This document shows, piece after piece, positions 25,957 to 31,613 of a stretch of 32,000 nt of DNA (positions are counted from its first letter, which is position 1; each line of letters begins with the position of its first letter). The translations under genes and the position numbers were made by a program. The notes beneath the pieces are model-generated. The model did no database searches, was not told the DNA's origin, and saw only the letters and a program-made list of their open reading frames with translations. The DNA is from Paracoccus suum (GTDB lineage Bacteria; Pseudomonadota; Alphaproteobacteria; Rhodobacterales; Rhodobacteraceae): contig NZ_CP030918.1 in the NCBI RefSeq assembly GCF_003324675.1, forward strand, positions 2,340,001 through 2,372,000. The letters are read 5' to 3'.

Positions 25957-27636
25957 TTACTCGGCAGCGACCTCAAGCTTCGCGGGCTTCGCCATCCACT
26001 CGCGCCCCCGAAGCATCGCCTGCCAGTAGATCGGCGGCAGCATCTTCTCCTTCAGAAACCACGCGGCCCGGCTCGGCTTCGTTCCGTCGATCACAAAAGA
26101 GGGGAAGCTCGGCATTACCACGCCGCCATAGCCGAACTCGGCCAGGACAATCTTGCCGCGCTCGACCGTCAGCGGGCACGAGCCGTAGCCGTCGTATTGC
26201 GCCACGGCCGAGCGACCGGCGATGTCGGCAACGATGTTCTCGGCAACCGTGGGCGCCTGCTTGCGCGCCGCGGCGGCCGTCTTGGCGTTGGGCGCGTTCA
26301 TCACGTCGCCGAGCGCCCAGATATTGTCGAAACTCTTGTGCCGCAGTGTGGCCTGATCGACATCGACCCAGCCCGCCTGATCGGCCAAGGGCGAGACGCG
26401 GATGAAATCCGGTGCGGTCTGCGGCGGGCAGACATGCATCATGTCGAATTCCATCTCGACGCGCCGGGGCTCCTTCTCCGGCTCCTTGACTTCGAAGGTG
26501 GCTTTTTTTGCCGGTCCGTCCACCGCCACGAGATTGTGGAAGAAGTCGAGCGTCGCGTCGTACTTCTTCACGTATTCCATCAAGGCCGGCACGTAGTCCT
26601 TCACGCCGAAGAGAACGCCGCCCGCGTTGCAGAAGTGAATGTCGATATCCTTCAGCCGCCCGGAGCGGTGCCAGTGGTCGGCCGAGAGATACATCGCCTT
26701 CTGCGGCGCGCCGGCGCATTTGATCGGCATCGGCGGCTGCGTGAAGACCGCGGTCCCGCCGCGCATCTCCTGCACCAGTTGCCAGGTATAGGGCGCGAGG
26801 TCGTAGCGATAGTTCGAAGTCACGCCGTTTCGTCCGAGCGTCTCGACAAGGCCCTCGATCTTGCCCCAGTCCAATTTAAGGCCAGGACAAACGACAAGCC
26901 GATCGTATTTCACCACGCGGCAGCCATCGAGGATGACAGCGTTGTTCTGCGGCTCGAACGCAGCGACTGCGGCCTTGATCCAGGTGACATCTTTCGGGAT
27001 CAGGCTGCCCATGGTCTTGGCGGTTTCCTGCGCCTCGAATATGCCGCCACCGACCATCGTCCAGCCGGGCTGATAGTAATGAATGTCGGCAGGATCGATG
27101 ATCGCGATCTCGAGGCCCGGCTTGCGCGCCTTGAGGCTGGCAGCGACCGCGATGCCGCCGGCGCCCGCGCCGACGATCACCACCTTGTAATGAGCGTCGC
27201 CGGTGTCGGTCGGCGTCTTCCCGCCATTGGCGACGCGGCGCGCGACACCGTTCATGTCATAGCCTGCCGCCTTCGTCATGGCGAGGATTTCGGAAACCGG
27301 CCGCTTTTTCGCCTCGTGCAGCGACCAGAGTGTCGCCGAGCGTGTGCCAGTCCGGCAGTAGGCCAGAACCGGGCGTTGCACCTCTGCCAGCGCCTGACCG
27401 AAGGCAGCAACATCGTCGTCAGTTACCATCCCGGACTGAACCGGGACATATCTCGCCTCGATCCCCTCGGCCTTGGCAGCGGCCTCGATCTCCTCGAAGC
27501 TCGGCTGATCCGCGCCTTCCCCGTCGGGGCGGTTGCAGATGATTGCGCGATAACCAGCCGACTTGATCGCGGCCATGTCCGAGGCTGCGATCTGCGGGGA
27601 CACCGTGACTTTCGGCGAGATTTCTTTCAGTTCCAT
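25957..27636 (-). CDS. sqr: Fusion of a DUF442 (PTP/rhodanese-like sulfurtransferase) domain to a type II (SQOR-like) sulfide:quinone oxidoreductase
   Basis: The start is MELKEISPK (ATG 27636, after GGGAGGA). Residues 1 to about 135 read ...YRAIICNRPDGEGADQP...VLAYCRTGTRSATLW, which is the DUF442 Cys loop. A Rossmann motif KVVIVGAGAGGIAVA follows. The blocks PIKCAGAPQKAMYL, HVCPPQ, AGWVDVD, NIWALGDV..PNAKTAAA, YDGYGSCPL and PIYWQAMLRG match mitochondrial-type SQR block for block. Confidence 0.85.
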   Translation of the reverse strand: MELKEISPKVTVSPQIAASDMAAIKSAGYRAIICNRPDGEGADQPSFEEIEAAAKAEGIEARYVPVQSGMVTDDDVAAFGQALAEVQRPVLAYCRTGTRSATLWSLHEAKKRPVSEILAMTKAAGYDMNGVARRVANGGKTPTDTGDAHYKVVIVGAGAGGIAVAASLKARKPGLEIAIIDPADIHYYQPGWTMVGGGIFEAQETAKTMGSLIPKDVTWIKAAVAAFEPQNNAVILDGCRVVKYDRLVVCPGLKLDWGKIEGLVETLGRNGVTSNYRYDLAPYTWQLVQEMRGGTAVFTQPPMPIKCAGAPQKAMYLSADHWHRSGRLKDIDIHFCNAGGVLFGVKDYVPALMEYVKKYDATLDFFHNLVAVDGPAKKATFEVKEPEKEPRRVEMEFDMMHVCPPQTAPDFIRVSPLADQAGWVDVDQATLRHKSFDNIWALGDVMNAPNAKTAAAARKQAPTVAENIVADIAGRSAVAQYDGYGSCPLTVERGKIVLAEFGYGGVVMPSFPSFVIDGTKPSRAAWFLKEKMLPPIYWQAMLRGREWMAKPAKLEVAAE

Positions 27637-27715
27637 TGTTGCATTCCTCCCGGTTGGTTTTGATCGAAGACGGTCCACCGGCGCCGAAACGCCGCCATCA
27701 CACCTGCGGACTTCT

Positions 27716-28207
27716 TCAAGCAGATGGTTCTTCGTCTTGTATGACTGAAACCATTTTCGCGCTGTACGCCTGTTCACCGATGCGCTCGATCAACTCCAGT
27801 TGCAGCTCCAACCAGGCCTTATGGCCTTCCTCATCCATTGCGATCTTTTCGAAGAGCATGCGCGATCCGACATCGTTGGCTTCATAGGCCTGTCGGGCCG
27901 CGCTGAGATAGAATTCAACGGCTTCCTCTTCATCGGCGAGGTCCGCCTTGAACATGTCTGTCAGGGTTTCGGCTCGCTTGGGTGATTTCGCGAAAGCGAT
28001 CTCAGGCGTTCCTTTCAAGAACATGATACGCTCGATGAACAGGTCGGAGTGCCCGATTTCTTCTGCCTGTTCCTCGCGCATCTTGTCTGCAAGCAAATTG
28101 AGTCCCCAATCGTCGAGGACATGCGCATGCAATTGATATTGATGCGCGGCGCTCATTTCCATCTGAAGCGCCTTGTTCAGGTTTTCCACCGTCTTGTTGT
28201 TGGACAT
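27716..28207 (-). CDS. Bacterioferritin-like (ferritin-like di-iron) protein
   Basis: The start is MSNNKTVENLNKAL (ATG 28207, after AAAGGAGGA). The 163-aa product aligns by eye with Bfr along its whole length: LNKxL..E..A..QY, W.L, the EEIGH ferroxidase E/H, FIERIMFLKG, ADEEEAVEFY and DEEGHKAWLE. Confidence 0.8.
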   Translation of the reverse strand: MSNNKTVENLNKALQMEMSAAHQYQLHAHVLDDWGLNLLADKMREEQAEEIGHSDLFIERIMFLKGTPEIAFAKSPKRAETLTDMFKADLADEEEAVEFYLSAARQAYEANDVGSRMLFEKIAMDEEGHKAWLELQLELIERIGEQAYSAKMVSVIQDEEPSA

Positions 28208-28244
28208 GGAATCCTCCTTTCGCCGTGTTGCCGCTGTTCTATTC

Positions 28245-29129
28245 TCAAAGACCGTTGACTGGCACCTTGAGCACGCGATTGCCGTCCTTGTCGGTAGGCA
28301 CTTTGCCCGCGCGCATATTGACCTGAAGCGACGGGATGATGAGCCTGGGCATGGCGAGCTGCGCATCGCGCTCGGTCCGGAACTTGATGAACTCGTCACG
28401 TGTCTTGCCGGCGCCTACGTGGATGTTGTGGGCCCTTTCATCGGCGACGGTCGTCTCCCAGCGGATTTCGCGCCCGTTCGGGCCGTAGTCGTGACACATG
28501 AAGAGCCGCGTCTCGTCGGGCAGCGACAGCACTTTCTGGATAGAATCGTAGAGTGTACCGGCGTCGCCGCCGGGGAAGTCCGCCCGCGCCGATCCGCCAT
28601 CCGGCATGAAGAGCGTGTCGCCGACGAAGGCCGCGTCACCCATCACGTGTGTCATACAGGCAGGCGTGTGGCCGGGCGTCGCCATTGCGACCGCCTGCAT
28701 GTTTCCCACCATGTAGGTGTCGCCATCCTCGAACAGTGCGTCGAACTGCGATCCGTCGCGCTGGAACTCGGTACCCTCGTTGAACACCTTGCCGAAGGTG
28801 TCCTGCACTACCATGATTCTGGCGCCGATGCCGATCTTTCCGCCCAGTTTCTGCTGCAGGTACGGCGCAGCGCTCAGATGGTCGGCGTGAACGTGGGTCT
28901 CGATGATCCACTCCACCGACAGGCCCATTTCCTCCACCTTGCGGATGAGCATGTCGGCATGGTCGTATGTGATACGCCCTGCCGCATAATCAAAGTCCAT
29001 GACGCTGTCGACGATCGCGCAGGCGTTCGACGCAGGATCCTTCACAATGTAGCTGATGGTGTTGGTCGCGTCGTCGAAGAACGCATGGACATCGGGCTTG
29101 ACGTCCAGATTGATCGGATAGCGAGTCAT
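28245..29129 (-). CDS. MBL-fold persulfide dioxygenase-like protein, paralogue 2
   Basis: The start is MTRYPINLDVKPD (ATG 29129, after AAAGGAGAA). It carries the metal motif ETHVHADHL plus TPGHTPAC, GSARADFPGG and MCHDYG. At about 294 aa it has the same architecture as the 23198-24097 product. Confidence 0.8.
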   Translation of the reverse strand: MTRYPINLDVKPDVHAFFDDATNTISYIVKDPASNACAIVDSVMDFDYAAGRITYDHADMLIRKVEEMGLSVEWIIETHVHADHLSAAPYLQQKLGGKIGIGARIMVVQDTFGKVFNEGTEFQRDGSQFDALFEDGDTYMVGNMQAVAMATPGHTPACMTHVMGDAAFVGDTLFMPDGGSARADFPGGDAGTLYDSIQKVLSLPDETRLFMCHDYGPNGREIRWETTVADERAHNIHVGAGKTRDEFIKFRTERDAQLAMPRLIIPSLQVNMRAGKVPTDKDGNRVLKVPVNGL

Positions 29130-29151
29130 GAAATTCTCCTTTTGCAGACCG

Positions 29152-29589
29152 TCAGGCGGTTGCGCGCCGGGCGCTCGCGCCTCTGGACTGGAGGAACCTG
29201 GCGAGGAAGATGCCCCCGACCACTGCTGCGATGAAGGCGAACACTTCCCACCGGCCGGTCCCGAGCGCGGGCAACGCTCCGCCCGGGCAAAAACCGGCGA
29301 TGCCCCAGCCGATACCGAACACAGCCGAGCCGCCCAGAAGGCGGGCATCGACGGTGCGGCTGATCGGCACCTGAAACGCCTCCGCCAGAACGGGCGCGGG
29401 CCGCCCGAAGACCAGCCGGTAGCCGATGAAGGTCGTCACCAGCGCTCCGCCCATCACGAAGATGAGCGACGGGTCCCAGCTGCCCGCGATGTCAAAGAAG
29501 TTCAGTACCTTGGCCGGGTTCGCCATGCCGGAGAGTGCGATTCCGGTGCCGAACACCAGTCCGATGATGTAGGCGGCGATCAAACGCAT
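29152..29589 (-). CDS. Half-size YeeE/YedE-family sulfur-compound transport membrane protein
   Basis: The 145-aa product begins MRLIAAYIIGLVFGTGIALSGMANPAKVLNFFD and contains GIGWGIAGFCPGG, the conserved Cys-containing re-entrant motif of YeeE/YedE halves. Confidence 0.8.
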   Translation of the reverse strand: MRLIAAYIIGLVFGTGIALSGMANPAKVLNFFDIAGSWDPSLIFVMGGALVTTFIGYRLVFGRPAPVLAEAFQVPISRTVDARLLGGSAVFGIGWGIAGFCPGGALPALGTGRWEVFAFIAAVVGGIFLARFLQSRGASARRATA

Positions 29590-29592
29590 GGC

Positions 29593-30024
29593 TCAGGCTC
29601 CCAGAACGTGACGAACGACGTAGACCGTGGCGAAGGTCGTGATCATGAAGGTGAGCGTCGCGGCGACCGACCTGACGCTCAAGCGCGCCATGCCACAGAC
29701 GCCATGACCGGACGTGCAGCCGGACCCGAAGGTCACGCCAATGCCGACGAGCAATCCGCCGCCGATCAGCATCGCTGTCGAGACGGGCACCTGGACCGCC
29801 GGCATCTCACCGGTGATCACGAGCAGCGCAAGCGGCCCGCTCACCATGCCCAGCAGCACCGCGCCGCGCCACGCGAACTCGCTGCCCGAGGACGGTGTGA
29901 GCAAGCCGGCAAGAATGCCGGTCGCGCCCATGATCCGGCCGAGAAACAGCATCAGCAACGTGGCCGCGAGACCGATCAGAACGCCGCCGCCGAGGGAGGC
30001 CCAGGGTGTAAACACGGTCTCCAT
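29593..30024 (-). CDS. Half-size YeeE/YedE-family sulfur-compound transport membrane protein
   Basis: The start is METVFTPWASLGGGVLIGL (ATG 30024). It contains the motif GVTFGSGCTSGHGVCGMARLS. It is about 143 aa and lies 3 nt upstream of its partner half. Confidence 0.8.
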   Translation of the reverse strand: METVFTPWASLGGGVLIGLAATLLMLFLGRIMGATGILAGLLTPSSGSEFAWRGAVLLGMVSGPLALLVITGEMPAVQVPVSTAMLIGGGLLVGIGVTFGSGCTSGHGVCGMARLSVRSVAATLTFMITTFATVYVVRHVLGA

Positions 30025-30028
30025 CGGC

Positions 30029-30241
30029 TCAGGCCCGGCAGGTCTTGACGCCGAGCACGGAATAGACCGGGCAGACACGGGTCACGGCAACGACCAGCAT
30101 GACGAGCCCCACGACAGCCGCGCCGTATTTGAGCAGCGCGCCTTCGAAGAGCGGCAGACCGCTCAGAAACGCGAGATAGAGAAGCGCGAGGCCAAGGGCG
30201 GCCCGAAAGATACGATCGACGGTTCCAACATTGACGCTCAC
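30029..30241 (-). CDS. DUF2892 (YgaP-membrane-domain-like) small membrane protein
   Basis: The GTG start at 30241 follows GGAGGA. The 70-aa product carries the family hallmarks N-terminal GxxDRxxR (GTVDRIFRAALG) and C-terminal CPxYxxxG (RVCPVYSVLGVKT). Confidence 0.75.
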   Translation of the reverse strand: MSVNVGTVDRIFRAALGLALLYLAFLSGLPLFEGALLKYGAAVVGLVMLVVAVTRVCPVYSVLGVKTCRA

Positions 30242-30296
30242 GGCAGATCCTCCAGGATAAAAGCTGTCTGACGAATATAGCTTTGCCGCACAAGCT

Positions 30297-30315
30297 TCAG
30301 TGACATTGTCACTGA
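30297..30315. promoter_or_regulatory. Perfect 9-1-9 palindrome TCAGTGACA-T-TGTCACTGA upstream of the sulfur operon (candidate operator)
   Basis: It was read directly from the sequence. Its centre at 30306 is 65 bp upstream of the DUF2892 start codon. Sixteen of the 19 nt recur at 31547-31562. Confidence 0.6.
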
Positions 30316-30361
30316 GCGCAGGAAAAGTCCGTCGCCGGAGGCCGCGTGCGGGCCGTGTCGA

Positions 30362-31027
30362 TCAATCGCTCTCGGCGAGTCGCTGCAGGCTTTCGCGGGC
30401 GAGCAGCCGGACCCGACCGCGCGCCTGGCTCACGAACCCGCGTTTCTGGAAGTCCTGCAGGACGCGGGACACGACTTCGCGCGCCGTGCCCAGCTCCCGG
30501 GCGAGGTCGTCATGCGTCGCCGATACTTCGACAGCCGTGCCGGAGAGAGCGAGCAGCCTTGCCGCGAGGCGCACGTCGATCCGTCCGAAGGCCACCTCGT
30601 CCACGACATGCAGGAGATCCAGCAGACGGCGCGAATAGGCCGCAAACACGAACTTGCGAAAGGCCGGTTCCTCCGCCGCCAGCAGATCGAAGGTCTCTTG
30701 CGAGAGCGCAACGGCAACGAGCGCCGTTTCCGCCACCCCCTCGGCGTTGTAGGCCTCTTCGGCCAGCATGCAGGCCGTCGTCAGCACGCAGCTTTCACCC
30801 GCCTCCACCCGGTATAGCACGATCTCCCGCCCCGACTCGGCCGTTTGCGAGACCCGGAGCGTTCCCTCGACCAGAAACATCAGGTTGTCGGGACGATTAT
30901 CGGGGCTGAAGACGGTCTGGCCGCGCGCGTAGCGTGCGACCTGTGCACTGGCGAGCAGCCTGTCGCGCACCGTCCGGGGAAGACCGCGCGTACCCTGGAA
31001 CCGTTCGGTCCAGTCGCCGATGCTCAT
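30362..31027 (-). CDS. Crp/Fnr-family transcriptional regulator
   Basis: The start MSIGDWTERF (ATG 31027) overlaps the rrf2 stop (ATGA). The cNMP-binding-like barrel reads GQTVFSPDNRPDNLMFLVEGTLRV...GREIVLYRVEAGESCV. The C-terminal HTH reads THDDLARELGTAREVVSRVLQDFQKRGFV. It has no FNR-type N-terminal Cys cluster. Confidence 0.85.
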   Translation of the reverse strand: MSIGDWTERFQGTRGLPRTVRDRLLASAQVARYARGQTVFSPDNRPDNLMFLVEGTLRVSQTAESGREIVLYRVEAGESCVLTTACMLAEEAYNAEGVAETALVAVALSQETFDLLAAEEPAFRKFVFAAYSRRLLDLLHVVDEVAFGRIDVRLAARLLALSGTAVEVSATHDDLARELGTAREVVSRVLQDFQKRGFVSQARGRVRLLARESLQRLAESD

Positions 31028-31494
31028 GTCGCGCTCCGCGTCGGCGCCGGGGCGCCTTTCTCGACGGTCGCGATGCGCCCCAAGAGCTGATCGCGATTGG
31101 CGGAAATGTCCGCCAGCGTGAGATCGTCGAGGACCGCCATGAACGCCCGGGTGGCCTCGTGGAGGCCCCGGGACAGCCGGCAAACCCCGATGAGGGGGCA
31201 TGTGTTCGACGCCGGATTGAAACATTCGACAACATCGAGCGGCCCCTCGGTCAACCTGATGACGTCACCCACGACGATCTCCTCGGCCGGACACGCAAGA
31301 CGGAACCCGCCGCCCCGCCCGCGCTGGGTCTTGACGAAGCCGGCGCGCCCCAGCTCGTGGACGATCTTCACGATGTGCGGCCGGGCCAGCCCATGCACCC
31401 GCACCACGTCATCGACGCGGATGAGATCCGGCGCCCTGAGTGCGGCAAGTTGAAGCGATCGAAGCGCGTAGTTGGAATATGCCGTGAGCTTCAT
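31024..31494 (-). CDS. Rrf2-family (NsrR/IscR/RirA-like) Fe-S-type transcriptional regulator
   Basis: The N-terminal wHTH reads MKLTAYSNYALRSLQLAAL...ARPHIVKIVHELGRAGFVKTQRGRGGGFRLA. Three clustered Cys are present in ECFNPASNTCPLIGVC, with spacing C-x7-C-x5-C. Confidence 0.85.
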   Translation of the reverse strand: MKLTAYSNYALRSLQLAALRAPDLIRVDDVVRVHGLARPHIVKIVHELGRAGFVKTQRGRGGGFRLACPAEEIVVGDVIRLTEGPLDVVECFNPASNTCPLIGVCRLSRGLHEATRAFMAVLDDLTLADISANRDQLLGRIATVEKGAPAPTRSAT

Positions 31495-31543
31495 CTATGT
31501 CTCCCGATGAAACTTCTACCCAGCATATAACTTTTTTGCAAGC

Positions 31544-31562
31544 TGGGTGACAATGTCACTGA
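31544..31562. promoter_or_regulatory. Second copy of the GTGACA-N-TGTCACTGA operator-like palindrome, in the rrf2/prx divergent promoter
   Basis: The plus strand reads TGGGTGACAATGTCACTGA and the minus strand reads TCAGTGACATTGTCACCCA, so 16 of 19 nt are identical to 30297-30315. The same CAAGCT lies immediately 5' of both sites on the plus strand. The centre at 31553 is 59 bp from the rrf2 start and 61 bp from the prx start. Confidence 0.55.
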
Positions 31563-31613
31563 ACGGCACGGCGAGGCGCGGTATCTGCCGGGCAACCCAC
31601 GAAAGGAAACATC

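Noticed and set aside
25870-27663. A 597-aa plus-strand ORF, plus the nested ORFs 25911-26405 and 25973-26719.
   Set aside because: It is the antisense or off-frame shadow of the DUF442::SQR gene. Its translation is Arg/Gly/Asp/His-rich with no recognisable motif, whereas the minus-strand frame carries Rossmann and SQOR catalytic blocks. Long spurious ORFs are expected in high-GC DNA.
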